The translations under genes and the position numbers were made by a program. Below are positions 9,907-20,150 of a stretch of DNA of 40,104 nucleotides, one piece after another (the first letter of the stretch is position 1; each line of letters opens with the position of its first letter). Source of the stretch: a virus (taxonomy: Duplodnaviria; Caudoviricetes); the IMG/VR virus record IMGVR_UViG_3300046777_001244, positions 1 to 40,104 of that record; one strand, given 5' to 3'. The notes beneath the pieces were generated by a model. That model searched no databases and was not told where the DNA came from. It saw only the letters and a list, made by a program, of their open reading frames with translations.

Positions 9907-12900
9907 ATGGCTGGGCGTGACTTCAGCGCTGAACTGTTTGGGCCTTCAGCGGGGCGTGACTTTAGTGCTGAACTGTTTGGCGCAAAGCCTCCCGAGAAGC
10001 AAAGCGCCTTCCGTCAAATTGCAGACGTACCGCTCGGCATAGCCAAGGGAGCTGTTCAGGGCGTTCGCATGATCGCGGACGCTTTTGGTGCTGGGTCTGA
10101 TACATCCAAGACCATTAAATCTGCTGAGACGTACCTTGCAGATTTGATGTCTGCCCAGGCCAAGAACGACCAGCAAGAAATCTCACGCATCATGAAGGAT
10201 GCGGAAGACAAGGGTGTGCTGGATCAGGTTAAGGCTGGTATCAAAGCCTTCACCGTTGCTCCTGTTGATACGCTGAGCAGTGCTTTGGGTACTGCTGCGC
10301 CCGTCATTGCCGGTGCGCTAGGTGCAAAACTTCTTGGTGCTGGGGCGCTTGCAACCACTGGTGTTTCAGCACTGACCGGCGCGGGCATGGGTGCTGGAAG
10401 TATTAAGGGTTCCATCTACGAGGCAACCAAGCAGACGCTGAAGGAGGCTGGTGCTTCTGAACAGGATGCTGAGTCTCGGGCAAAACTTGCTCAAGAGTAC
10501 GGTGGCAAGAACCTCGATCAAATTTTGTTGGGCACTGTGCTGGGTGGTGCTGCTGCTGTCGGCCCGCTGGAAAAGGGCGGCGCTGCAATTTTGGCGCGTA
10601 GGATTCTTGGCAAGACTGAAGAAACCGTAGCAGGACAAGCGGCCAAGGGTGCCGTTCGCCGCCGGTTGGAAGCCGGTGCGCTGGAAGCTGTGCCGGAAGC
10701 GGCGCAAGCAGGGCAAGAGCAAGTAGCACAGAACATCGCTCTCCAGAGGGAAGGGTTTGATGTACCTACGTTCCGTGGTGCGTTTAGTTCTGCTACGTTG
10801 GAAGGTCTTGCAGGTGCTGGGCTTGGTGCTGCGGTTGGTGGTGGTAAGCCTGCTGCTGCCCCCGAGGTGCCGCCTGCTGCACCGCCTGTAGCCCCGCCCG
10901 CTGCGCCCGAGGCAGGGCTGGAGCAACTGACTCCGCAGCAGAAGCAAGAACTGGAACGTCAACGCGCTGGCCGTGAGCGCCCGCAGACCACGGAAGAACT
11001 GTTTGCTGGCATTACCACTGCACCAGCCACCACACCGCAAGACGTAGCGCGTATCCGGGACGAGCATGAAACGGCAGTGATTGAAGGACTGCTGGAACAA
11101 GACGCGGAGATGAAGCGGGCAAGTGATTTGGCCGCGCAACAACGTGAAATTCAGAAGCAGCAGACGCAACTGGAAAGCGAAGCCGAGTTCATTTCTGGCG
11201 GCATCTCAGACGTAGACCGCCGTGTACGCGAAGGCCGCATCTTTGCCCGCGTGCAAGATTTGATTGACCGCAACATCCCGTTTGCCAGCACGGCCATCAA
11301 TGACATCAACCAAAAATTTGGCGTCATCAACGAAGCGCCGCTGACCGAGGAAGAGCGGGCGCGTATTGAAAACATCATGGGCATGGTAAGCACGTTCACT
11401 AATTTTGTGAACTTGCCTGTGCTTGCGCCTAAGCCTATGGACCCGTTTGCTGAGAACCAGCAGATGGAAGCCCTTATCAGAGAAAGGACAGAACGTGGAC
11501 AAGCCCAGCCCGTACGAACAGCGCCTGCTGCGCCAAGCCCGAGCGTCCAAGAAGCTCCCGTCAGCCAAGGAGTTGGCGAAGGTCCAGCCGTACGACCGCC
11601 GAGTGGCGTTGAGCCTAGCGTTGCGGAAGATAGTGAACTCGTAACTCCTGCTCCGGTGGTAGAAGCCGCTGCGCCGACCATTCCTGAACTGCGCCAGCGC
11701 GTAGAACAAGCGGATGAATTGTCAGACGAATGGCAAACACGCATTGACAATCTCAAAAATGCTGTTGCTCAAGACATCAAGCAAACACTTGATGCCAACG
11801 AGATGCCGGTGTTTGTCAGCAAGTCTGGCTTGACAAGCGTAATTACGCCATCCGCTCAACAGGGCGGGATGTTCCAACTTACTCGATATAACCAGACCGG
11901 AGCCGTTGGAGATAGTCAGTACAGAACAATTGAAGACGCCATTACAGACAACAATTTGCAGGATGCAAATCGGCTAGATAAAGCAAAAGCCGAAGAGCAC
12001 ATGGCAAAACTTGTTGAGGCCGAAGCCGCGTATCAATCTTCTAAAAAGCCTGCGCCCAAGGCAAAAGCGCCTACGACAAAGCCAGCAAAAGCTGCCGCTC
12101 TCCGCAAACAGCCCAATACTATTATGGGCTCAACCATGCTGGCCGATGTCAGCAATCGGCTTGGTGGGCTTGATCTGTCTCTGTTGTCTGAGTTCTCCAC
12201 AAAATTTATCACCAAGCGCAAAGACAAGTACGGTCGCCCATTGACCATGTGGCGCAACCCAATGGTTCCAGGCGTTGGCACTCTGTTCCGCAAGGGAGGC
12301 GAGAGTGACTACGTGCTGATTGCCACCATGCTAGAAGAAGCCGGATACCTTGAGCCGGGTTCTGTTGAGCGTGACTACAAAGAAGCCGGTGAACGCGCCA
12401 AGGACATGATCAAGGCGGCGCTCAACCGCGAGGAAGTTTTAACGCTTGAGCAGCAAGAAAGTCAAAGGCAAGCCGACGAAGAAGCAAACCGTCAGGCGTG
12501 GCTTGAGCAACAAGAAGAACTGAAGGCTGAGCGTGACAACGCGGCGCGTGAAGCTGGCTTGACGCCCTATGAAGGTGACTTGCTTACGGATGAAGACATT
12601 GATGTGTTTGCGCCTGCTAAGCCGCAGACAGATGAGCAATACGCAGCAGCAATGCGTGGGCTTGGATTTGACGAAACGGAGATAGCAGATGCAGTCCAAA
12701 AGAAGCAAGAGAGAGAACGTGCTCAGAAAACTGCTTCAGGCCGACCCGCGGAAGCGAGAGCGGTTCCTGAAACTGGAGAGGGCACTGAGGGGCTTGAGAG
12801 ATACACCGCCGAAGAAGTAACTCGTAAACAAGAAGAAGCTGAGAAAGCCGCTGCCGAGGAAAAGAAAGCCAAGGCCGCAGAGCAAGCGCGCCTGCAAAAA

Positions 12901-15900
12901 GAGAAGAGCGAGAAAGAAGAGAAGGCTCGTGCCGATGAGTCTGTAAAAGACTTTGAGCTTGGCAAGAGCGCAGAAGAACAGATGACCGGCATGGGCGATC
13001 TGTTTAAGGGCGAGAAAAAATCTCTTGGCGGAGAGCGTGCGCAAGTACAAGCATTTGAGCAGACCCTACGCAATCTCCTGAACAAGTTCGGCCTGAAGGA
13101 TGTGGGCCTGAAGATTCTGGACGGGATGACTGATTCCGGCTCCTATGCCGCGCAGATCATCAGAATTGCCGCTGATGCCGCGAACCCCGTGCGGACTTTG
13201 AGGCACGAGGCTATCCACGCCCTGCGAGAACTTGGCTTCTTCACTGATGCACAGTGGAAATCCCTGTCCAAGATGGCAAAGGACAAGTGGATTGACCAGT
13301 ACCTCAAGCAAAGGAACGTAGACGGCAAACCTCTGAAAGCAGGGGAAGAATCCCGGTATGACGCATACATGCGTGAGTACAACGGGGACATGGAGAAGAT
13401 CACCGAAGAAGCGGTGAGCGATGCCTTTGCTGACTTCGATGCCACGAAGCCGCCCGCTGGATTGATCCAGGCTTTGCTCAAGCGGATGAAGGACTTGTTC
13501 CAGTCCATCAAATCTGCGCTTACGAAGGTTGAATCACCTGAGCAAATCTTTGGCAAGGTTGAGAAGGGTGAACTGAAGGAAAGCGCACGCGAGGCTAAGG
13601 GCGAAGCAAAGAGCCTGCGTGACAGGGCTACCGCTAACTTCCGCCGCTGGTTTGGTGACAGCAAAGTAGTGGATAAGAAGGGTGAGCCGCTGGTTGTGTA
13701 TCACGGGACGGACGAAGAGTTCTACGCTTTTGATCCATCCAAGCAAAATGTTCGCAATGCCCGCATGGGTATGGGGTTCTACTTCACTGCAAACAAAGAT
13801 GCTGCGGCCATGTCAGGTGACAGGGTGATGCCTGTGTATCTGTCGCTACAGAATCCTTACGTCATATCACTTGATGGCGATCCAAAATTTGGCTCAGAAG
13901 GATATGAAACTCGTGAGAAGTTGAAGCGCGATCCTGTTGCCGCGACGAAAGAACTTCGTGCCGCTGGTTATGACGGCATTCAAGATGGGAATACCTACGT
14001 TGCCTTTGAGCCCACCCAGATCAAATCTGCCATCGGAAACAACGGAGACTACAGCCTTACAAACGCTGACATCCGTAAGAGCATAGGTGGGCGCAACCCC
14101 GGAGAGCAGGCTATCTCCATCGTGAACCAGATGAAGATGGGCATCCCGCCCGCCAAGCCTACCTTTGGTCAGCAAACCATTGCCATCCTGAAAGGGGAAC
14201 AGCAACTCCCAACCCTTGACCTGAAGACGGCTAAGGAAGTTGCAATGAAGTTCTCAGATACGTTTGAGAAGAACATCTTCTCTGCTGATGCCGCGTTTGA
14301 AAACGCAGTGCGGCGCGGCGTAAGAAAGGCGGTGAAGGACAACGACAAAGTTATCGGTCTTGTGCTCCAAGCGGGCCAGTCTCAAGCGGTGAACATTGAC
14401 AACGTGGTAAGCAGAGCCATTATCGAAGGGGCCTCTGAGTACAACGAAGACATGCAGAAGTGGCAATCTGTTCAGAAGGAAGAAAACCTCAAGGCTCAAA
14501 CCGCGAAGCTGGAAGAGATTTCCAAGAAGTACAACTTGCCGCTTGATGAAGTCAAGAGCGTTGCCCATGCGTATCTTGTGACCAAGCGCCTGCCGGGCAT
14601 CTTGGAGCGCAACGCAAAATTTACGGCGGAGATTGACGCTGAGCAGAAAACCGCAAAGCCTGACCGCAAGAAGATTGAGGAGTTGAAAGCACTGCTTGTG
14701 ATGGTGACGCCTGAGCAACAGGCTCAGATGGAGCCAGGACAATCGCTGGTAAAGCTGATCCCGGAACTTGAGCAAGTATCTGACATCTGGCAGGGCATGC
14801 GTAAGAACACCATCAACACGATGGTTGAGGGTGGTTTGTGGTCAAAGGAATACGCAGAGTCATTGCTGGACAACGTTGACTACGTGCCTTACTACCGCGT
14901 AGAACAGCTTGAAGAAGATGCGGGTCCGCTGGAGTTCATTCGTGGTCTTCAGGTCAAAGCCAAAGATCACAGGCTCAAGGGTTCTGATTCTCCGGTGAAC
15001 GATGTTTTTGACAATCAGGTTCGCTGGATGCAGTACGCTATGAGCCGAACCATGCGGGCGCACAAGGCGCGGCAGATGATCGATGTTGCAAAGGACATCG
15101 ACATCGGAGGCCGCAAGATGGCGGTGCAAGTCAAGGAACAAGAGCGCGGCATGAACATCGTGCGCATCTACCGTGACGGCAAGCAAGAATTGTGGGATGT
15201 TGCTGATCCCAACTTCATTGATGCTTTTGCTGCTATCCAGAACGTCTCCATCCCCATGTTCAAGTGGGCGGCAAAGGCTGCGGAGATTCTCAGGAACATG
15301 GTGGTTCTGTACCCGCTGTTCTCTGTGGCCCAGGTTCCGCAAGACTCAATGGCTGCGGTGTTTACATCCGGCCTGAAGCCTCAGCACGCCTTGAAGATTC
15401 CATACCTCGCGGTGCAGGAGTTCATCAAGACGATTGCCAAGACCAGTGCTACCCACAACGAACTGAAGAAGTTTGGCGTAGTGGGGGCGCGGGACTTCTC
15501 TGCTGATGTCATGCGCAAAGACGCTGAGATCGAAGCGGGCTTGAAGCAGCCCAAGGGAGTGTGGGGCAAGACCAAGGAAATCCTTGAGCACGTTGCTATG
15601 GCAGGGGATAACGCTGTCCGTCAGGCCACGTACATTGCCTCTAAGCAACAGGGTTTGTCTGAGAAGGAAGCTCTTGAGAAGGCGTTTGAAATCTTCAACG
15701 TCCGTCGCCGTGGAACCAGCAAGGCGCTAAATTTGGCGGGGCAGACGATCCCGTTCTTCTATGCGTACCTCGCGGCTCAGCGGGTGGCGTATAGAACGAT
15801 CACTGGCGTAGGAACTTCACCGACTCAACGAGAAGCCGCGCTCAAAACTTTGGCGGCTACGTCGGCATCGGTAATGGTTCTGTCCATGATCTACGCCATG

Positions 15901-16812
15901 ATGGTGGGCGATGACGAGGACTACGCCGAGACGCCTGCTGCGGTGCGGGACAGAACGCTGATGATCCCCGGCTCAGGTGGCGTGCGGATTCCACTGCGGC
16001 CTGACTTCTTCTTGTTCCCAAAAATTATCGCTGAGCACACCTACCAGTTGATTACCGACAAGGGGTATGAGGATGGCGCTAAATTCAGGACATCGATGTT
16101 TGATGCCCTAGTGAACGCTGTTAGCAGCCCGACTCCTATCCCTCAAATTGTGAAGCCCGCACTTGGGGTAGCCATCAACTACGACTTCTTCCAAGGCAAA
16201 CCTCTTATCGGTACGTTTGAGAAGAACAAGGATCTGGAGCGTCAGTTCCGGGATACCACTTCTGAACTGGCAAAACTGTTCGGGCAAACAGGTATGGTGT
16301 CTCCGATTGCTGTGGATCACCTGATCCGTGGCATGCTGGGTTCGTTTGGCGGATTGATGCTGTACGGGACAAATATGTTCCTGCACTCTGATCCTGACGT
16401 TCCAAGACCGGAGATGTCTGCTAATGAGATGCTGGCCGCGTTGCCGGGAACCGCTGGCTTCCTGAAGCGCCCTCAAGAATCTGCACTGAAGAACGACTTC
16501 TTCGTGCTTCGTGACGCCGTAGAGAAAGCGGCCAACACCTTCAACGACATCAAGACCCGTAGCCCAGAGGGTATTGAAGCGTTCTTGGAAGACGAGAAGA
16601 ACGCCATCCGTCTAGGCATGGCAAAGGGTGTTGACAAAATTAACAGGCACTTGTCAGACATCCGTAGACGGATGACCATCATTACGAACATGCCTGAGAG
16701 CCAGATGCCGGCCGATGAGAAGGCAGAGAACATCCGGGAACTGAGGGAACTGGAGCGTGAAATTTTGCGCTCAGTGAACGTCAAGGAACTGCGGGAGATG
16801 GCGAAGATTTAA
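9907..16812 (+). CDS. Large polyvalent internal virion protein (HExxH metallopeptidase-like, ART-PolyVal-like, LPD38-like C-terminus)
   Basis: 2301 aa; RHEAIHA at ~13201; FRRWFGDSKVV..PLVVYHGT..GFYFT..GYDGI..FEPTQIKSAIGNNG at ~13630-14050; C-terminal SPIAVDHLIRG region. Confidence 0.8.
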   Translation: MAGRDFSAELFGPSAGRDFSAELFGAKPPEKQSAFRQIADVPLGIAKGAVQGVRMIADAFGAGSDTSKTIKSAETYLADLMSAQAKNDQQEISRIMKDAEDKGVLDQVKAGIKAFTVAPVDTLSSALGTAAPVIAGALGAKLLGAGALATTGVSALTGAGMGAGSIKGSIYEATKQTLKEAGASEQDAESRAKLAQEYGGKNLDQILLGTVLGGAAAVGPLEKGGAAILARRILGKTEETVAGQAAKGAVRRRLEAGALEAVPEAAQAGQEQVAQNIALQREGFDVPTFRGAFSSATLEGLAGAGLGAAVGGGKPAAAPEVPPAAPPVAPPAAPEAGLEQLTPQQKQELERQRAGRERPQTTEELFAGITTAPATTPQDVARIRDEHETAVIEGLLEQDAEMKRASDLAAQQREIQKQQTQLESEAEFISGGISDVDRRVREGRIFARVQDLIDRNIPFASTAINDINQKFGVINEAPLTEEERARIENIMGMVSTFTNFVNLPVLAPKPMDPFAENQQMEALIRERTERGQAQPVRTAPAAPSPSVQEAPVSQGVGEGPAVRPPSGVEPSVAEDSELVTPAPVVEAAAPTIPELRQRVEQADELSDEWQTRIDNLKNAVAQDIKQTLDANEMPVFVSKSGLTSVITPSAQQGGMFQLTRYNQTGAVGDSQYRTIEDAITDNNLQDANRLDKAKAEEHMAKLVEAEAAYQSSKKPAPKAKAPTTKPAKAAALRKQPNTIMGSTMLADVSNRLGGLDLSLLSEFSTKFITKRKDKYGRPLTMWRNPMVPGVGTLFRKGGESDYVLIATMLEEAGYLEPGSVERDYKEAGERAKDMIKAALNREEVLTLEQQESQRQADEEANRQAWLEQQEELKAERDNAAREAGLTPYEGDLLTDEDIDVFAPAKPQTDEQYAAAMRGLGFDETEIADAVQKKQERERAQKTASGRPAEARAVPETGEGTEGLERYTAEEVTRKQEEAEKAAAEEKKAKAAEQARLQKEKSEKEEKARADESVKDFELGKSAEEQMTGMGDLFKGEKKSLGGERAQVQAFEQTLRNLLNKFGLKDVGLKILDGMTDSGSYAAQIIRIAADAANPVRTLRHEAIHALRELGFFTDAQWKSLSKMAKDKWIDQYLKQRNVDGKPLKAGEESRYDAYMREYNGDMEKITEEAVSDAFADFDATKPPAGLIQALLKRMKDLFQSIKSALTKVESPEQIFGKVEKGELKESAREAKGEAKSLRDRATANFRRWFGDSKVVDKKGEPLVVYHGTDEEFYAFDPSKQNVRNARMGMGFYFTANKDAAAMSGDRVMPVYLSLQNPYVISLDGDPKFGSEGYETREKLKRDPVAATKELRAAGYDGIQDGNTYVAFEPTQIKSAIGNNGDYSLTNADIRKSIGGRNPGEQAISIVNQMKMGIPPAKPTFGQQTIAILKGEQQLPTLDLKTAKEVAMKFSDTFEKNIFSADAAFENAVRRGVRKAVKDNDKVIGLVLQAGQSQAVNIDNVVSRAIIEGASEYNEDMQKWQSVQKEENLKAQTAKLEEISKKYNLPLDEVKSVAHAYLVTKRLPGILERNAKFTAEIDAEQKTAKPDRKKIEELKALLVMVTPEQQAQMEPGQSLVKLIPELEQVSDIWQGMRKNTINTMVEGGLWSKEYAESLLDNVDYVPYYRVEQLEEDAGPLEFIRGLQVKAKDHRLKGSDSPVNDVFDNQVRWMQYAMSRTMRAHKARQMIDVAKDIDIGGRKMAVQVKEQERGMNIVRIYRDGKQELWDVADPNFIDAFAAIQNVSIPMFKWAAKAAEILRNMVVLYPLFSVAQVPQDSMAAVFTSGLKPQHALKIPYLAVQEFIKTIAKTSATHNELKKFGVVGARDFSADVMRKDAEIEAGLKQPKGVWGKTKEILEHVAMAGDNAVRQATYIASKQQGLSEKEALEKAFEIFNVRRRGTSKALNLAGQTIPFFYAYLAAQRVAYRTITGVGTSPTQREAALKTLAATSASVMVLSMIYAMMVGDDEDYAETPAAVRDRTLMIPGSGGVRIPLRPDFFLFPKIIAEHTYQLITDKGYEDGAKFRTSMFDALVNAVSSPTPIPQIVKPALGVAINYDFFQGKPLIGTFEKNKDLERQFRDTTSELAKLFGQTGMVSPIAVDHLIRGMLGSFGGLMLYGTNMFLHSDPDVPRPEMSANEMLAALPGTAGFLKRPQESALKNDFFVLRDAVEKAANTFNDIKTRSPEGIEAFLEDEKNAIRLGMAKGVDKINRHLSDIRRRMTIITNMPESQMPADEKAENIRELRELEREILRSVNVKELREMAKI
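9913..9980 (+). repeat. Two-copy N-terminal repeat GRDFSAELFG (39-bp period)
   Basis: GGGCGTGACTTyAGyGCTGAACTGTTTGG at 9913 and 9952. Confidence 0.9.
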
Positions 16813-16854
16813 TCCCCACAGAAGCAGGCTATGCCTTCTTCGTCGGAGAACATT

Positions 16855-17766
16855 TTATTCGCACAACCCGTAGTTGCTGCTGCAAAGAGGGCCGTCGTTC
16901 TGGATGCGCAGGAAGTCAAGTTGTCTGCCGCCCCGACTGGTTTTAGACCACTCAATAGCCTCAAACATTGTCATGCCGTCTTTTTTTCCGTGATTAAAGA
17001 ACGTGACTCTCGATGTTCCTTTGGACGCCATCGCTACCAGTCTCTCCCACTCTGACACGCGCCAAGCGTGCTCTGGCCAGCGTTTGGAGATATTGAGCAC
17101 TTCATCTTTCGTCGCGTGTATACATGGCATGCAACCTACGCGACTACAACCCTGCAAATAGAGTGGGTTGGGCTTGATGCCCATGAACCGATGAGCATCA
17201 AAGCAGTCATCGGCCTTCCATCGCAGGATGGGTCTGTAATTGAACAGGCCGCCACCCACCTCGTCGCACTCAGGAAGCCAGCGTCGATTCTCGCTCTCGT
17301 CTGCGCGCACTCCTTGCCAGGACAGCACCATTCTGGTTCCATCCAAAAGTGGCAGCATCACCTGCTCGGTCAACGGCTCTATTTTAAGCTGGCGAGTGCA
17401 GAACTTACCCAACGGAGATGGCATGCGCCCTGCAACTAGACAGGCATCAAGAAATGGGATTCCGGTTGGATGAAGGACATCAAGTGCTGCCAAAACGATC
17501 TTCTCATCCACCTCCTGTTGTCGCCACTTGGTTGATATGTACTGCCGCTTCCGTTCAAAATCATGGGAAAAGTCTGCTTGCACCCGGCGTATTGAAACGC
17601 CTGTAGCTTGGGCTAGGTAATCAATGTAATCGTAGGTTTGTGGGTGTTCGTGGCCGGTGTCGGCAAATACGGCCTGCATGTTTGGTGCCTCGCGCACAAT
17701 AGCCAGCAGCAACAGGGCCGTGCTGTCCTTGCCTCCACTTACGCTAACAATGTTGTGTTCGGTCAT
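16855..17766 (-). CDS. PAPS reductase family (PP-loop) protein
   Basis: SVSGGKDS, DTG, CT..LK, GVRADES..R, RVGCMPC motifs. Confidence 0.88.
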   Translation of the reverse strand: MTEHNIVSVSGGKDSTALLLLAIVREAPNMQAVFADTGHEHPQTYDYIDYLAQATGVSIRRVQADFSHDFERKRQYISTKWRQQEVDEKIVLAALDVLHPTGIPFLDACLVAGRMPSPLGKFCTRQLKIEPLTEQVMLPLLDGTRMVLSWQGVRADESENRRWLPECDEVGGGLFNYRPILRWKADDCFDAHRFMGIKPNPLYLQGCSRVGCMPCIHATKDEVLNISKRWPEHAWRVSEWERLVAMASKGTSRVTFFNHGKKDGMTMFEAIEWSKTSRGGRQLDFLRIQNDGPLCSSNYGLCE

Positions 17767-17788
17767 GTTTGTCCCCGATCTTTATTAG

Positions 17789-18226
17789 TCAGGCGGCTTT
17801 GGCCCGTTGGGGCTTGTTCATCTCTGCCATCATCTCTTTGTGCTTGCGGGCATCGCCGCGCCAGAAGTGCTGAATGTTCAGGTGAAGCACATGCGTAGAT
17901 CCGATGCGCTCACCCCGCATGAGGAATCCCTTCTCCACAAGGATAGAGATTGACCTGCTGATGTGCGTGGCCGCGATGCCAAGTCGCTCAGACAAAGATT
18001 TCTGCGACACCAAAATTTGGTTGTCGTTCTTTGCCAAGCAGGCCAGCGCAAGCAGGACGCGGCGGTCATAGCCCGTCAGGTCGGGGCTACATATTGCATC
18101 AAGTGATGCTTGGTTCAGTGCTACCCACATGGTGTACCCATTGGTTCTCTTAGGCTGTACGTTGACAAGTGTGCCTTCTATCTGCTCACCTGTGAATGCG
18201 TCGTACTGAACTACTCGTTTCTGCAT
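17789..18226 (-). CDS. RepL-like / MarR-type winged HTH protein
   Basis: SQKSLSERLGIAATHISRSISILVEKGFL helix-turn-helix; LN...FWRG C-terminal motif. Confidence 0.7.
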   Translation of the reverse strand: MQKRVVQYDAFTGEQIEGTLVNVQPKRTNGYTMWVALNQASLDAICSPDLTGYDRRVLLALACLAKNDNQILVSQKSLSERLGIAATHISRSISILVEKGFLMRGERIGSTHVLHLNIQHFWRGDARKHKEMMAEMNKPQRAKAA

Positions 18227-18264
18227 GATGTGCCTTTACCATTGAATGGTCACAGCATACCATG

Positions 18265-18284
18265 AACTGTAAGTGCATACAGTA
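18265..18284. promoter_or_regulatory. LexA (SOS) box
   Basis: CTGT-AAGTGCAT-ACAG at 18267-18282 (TACTGTATGCACTTACAGTT on - strand), about 40 bp upstream of the HTH gene and next to a TATGCT -10-like hexamer. Confidence 0.75.
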
Positions 18285-18321
18285 CTTTTCCCTCTATAAC
18301 CCTTTTTTTCCCTCTATATCT

Positions 18322-19032
18322 TTAACCCGGAGGAACAGCCGGAATGCAGGCCAGGGTGGAGTTCTTCGCACGCAGCTTTTCTTCCACTGCTTTGACACCC
18401 ACGAAGCCGAGGGCTTTGTAGTAGTTGTGTTCTTCTTCTGTTAGCCCTTTCCAGGGCATAGGTAGCCAGCGGGTTTCTTTATCCGCCTTTATCTCGGGCT
18501 GCTGCGCTGCTTCAAACTGAGCGACCATCTGATGATGGTGGTGGATCTCACCGCACTTGTTGCACACGGTGTCGCACGGGGCGAGGTAGTTGCATCCGCG
18601 CCGGGGTATGCCCTTGCACAAAGGCCGCGCTGGCTGCTCCCGCTTCTGCTCCATCGCCGCCCACCATCCGGCACAGTAGGCCACACGCTCTGCTTCGGTC
18701 TGAGCCTCTGGTGGTGGTTCTACGTTATGACCTTTTATCTCGGGTTTGATAATTGGCCGCTCCAGAGCGGGGTTCTTCTTGCCGTAGTAAGTACCAACGT
18801 GGGATATAGGTCTTGCCATCGGCTCCACCGCTTCAGCATGTGCCATCTGTGCTGGCGTAACGGTAAGCAGTTTTTCCACCAACCAATGCTCAAAGGCTGC
18901 TTGGGCTTTGTCTTCTGGCTGGGCTAGGGCGGCGCGAAGGGCGTCCATTGCGTCGTAATCTTCGTCACGCAGTTTTACGCTGTGCTCCAATGCCTTCAGC
19001 GCTTGCTCCACAACCTTACGATCTATTTGCAT
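18322..19032 (-). CDS. Mosaic phage hypothetical protein
   Basis: Probable start MQIDRK after GGAG; ALRAALAQP, Cys cluster and WKGLTEEE..EEKLRAKN modules. Confidence 0.65.
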   Translation of the reverse strand: MQIDRKVVEQALKALEHSVKLRDEDYDAMDALRAALAQPEDKAQAAFEHWLVEKLLTVTPAQMAHAEAVEPMARPISHVGTYYGKKNPALERPIIKPEIKGHNVEPPPEAQTEAERVAYCAGWWAAMEQKREQPARPLCKGIPRRGCNYLAPCDTVCNKCGEIHHHHQMVAQFEAAQQPEIKADKETRWLPMPWKGLTEEEHNYYKALGFVGVKAVEEKLRAKNSTLACIPAVPPG

Positions 19033-19282
19033 ACAGACTCCTAAGTGTTTCGTTAAGGGCGTCCAACTCATCCCACTTCCTGATGCGCCACAAAGTTTTA
19101 GTTCCGTGCCAGTTGGCATGGCATGAAGCACATAACGCTACCGTGATGAAGTGCTTCTGCTGTTCGATGTGGTGGCACTGAGAAGGCGGCGGCGCGGCGC
19201 AGAGTGAGCAAGGGAGCGAAGCGACAGCAGCCAGATGCTCCTGCTCATCCTTGGTCTTACTTTTGTGATTCTTGCTGAACAT
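19016..19282 (-). CDS. Ref-like/HNH-type Zn nuclease
   Basis: LPCSLC...CHHI...VALCASCH motif. Confidence 0.65.
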   Translation of the reverse strand: MFSKNHKSKTKDEQEHLAAVASLPCSLCAAPPPSQCHHIEQQKHFITVALCASCHANWHGTKTLWRIRKWDELDALNETLRSLYANRS

Positions 19283-19439
19283 CTTCCACCCACCTAAGAA
19301 CACCAGACAGTGCTCTCATGATGTCAGTCACATGCTGGTCTACGCCATCAAATTTTTCGTGTAGACATTTCTGTTCCAGTTGCTTGAGGTTTCTCTCAAC
19401 TACTTGGAGGTAGTACGAATAATCGTGGAATGGTGTCAT
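19257..19439 (-). CDS. Hypothetical protein
   Basis: Coupled ORF in operon. Confidence 0.55.
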   Translation of the reverse strand: MTPFHDYSYYLQVVERNLKQLEQKCLHEKFDGVDQHVTDIMRALSGVLRWVEDVQQESQK

Positions 19440-19633
19440 TCGCTGTCCTGTTGTTGCTCAAGAGTTGTTGGATAGTGCTCGGCAGCGTACTCATTCCACA
19501 CAGCCTCAAGCAGCCGTGATGCCACCTTAAATTTGTTGACAAGAACTCGGTCATCGTCTGGGTCCAGCGTGGTCGCGTAGCCGTCAAACCACCGGGCCAG
19601 CGTAAGGTACTGGAGTTTTTGTGCGTTGATCAT
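19436..19633 (-). CDS. Hypothetical protein
   Basis: Start MINAQK after GAGG, ATGA coupling. Confidence 0.6.
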   Translation of the reverse strand: MINAQKLQYLTLARWFDGYATTLDPDDDRVLVNKFKVASRLLEAVWNEYAAEHYPTTLEQQQDSE

Positions 19634-19863
19634 GATTTCCTCTCTCTGATTGCGGCGGCGCACTCGCCATATTCGCGCAGGTTGGTCATGCCGTAGGTTT
19701 CGGTCGCTATGGCTTCACACACCTTAGCGCAGGCTTCTCGTTCTGCAACGCGCCCGCCCTCAAACGCTTGGTCAAGCAGTCTGAGGATGTCGGGGGAGAC
19801 AACGAGTTGCCTGAAATTTGCGGTGCACCAATATTGGAAGTCGGATTGTGGTTCGTGCATCAT
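19630..19863 (-). CDS. Hypothetical protein with AEREACAKVCE..CAAAIR module
   Basis: Coupled ORF; module shared with 25626, 27575, 27787. Confidence 0.65.
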   Translation of the reverse strand: MMHEPQSDFQYWCTANFRQLVVSPDILRLLDQAFEGGRVAEREACAKVCEAIATETYGMTNLREYGECAAAIRERKS

Positions 19864-20150
19864 TGGCTCCTTGCTTTGAGTGCTGCTTCCAGGCCGAGGC
19901 GCACGGTTTCAAACCGCCTGTAGCCCTGCACGATTTGGCCAAACATGGCCTTGTCTGAGGCAATCACCATTTCATCTGTGACTTTGGAAAGCGCCTCTCG
20001 TTCATCTGCACGGACAAGGGCGGCGAAGCGGTGAAGCAACTCATCAACCATGTGATGTGTATGAAAGATGCAGTTGGGCTGATGTTGCTGCGCTACCTCG
20101 TCAATCACAAACCCAGCCTCACGCGCCCACTTGATGATGTCTTCGTTCAT
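19860..20150 (-). CDS. Hypothetical protein (DII..AREAG module)
   Basis: Coupled ORF; N-terminus resembles 25626-25856. Confidence 0.65.
   Translation of the reverse strand: MNEDIIKWAREAGFVIDEVAQQHQPNCIFHTHHMVDELLHRFAALVRADEREALSKVTDEMVIASDKAMFGQIVQGYRRFETVRLGLEAALKARSQ

Noticed and set aside
9946-16784. Many antisense ORFs within the 2301-aa gene
   Set aside because: Shadow frames from codon bias; no RBS or motifs
16855-17766. Sulfur-assimilation auxiliary gene (cysH) or a full Dnd phosphorothioation system
   Set aside because: No other cys or dnd genes nearby; only the family-level fold is supported
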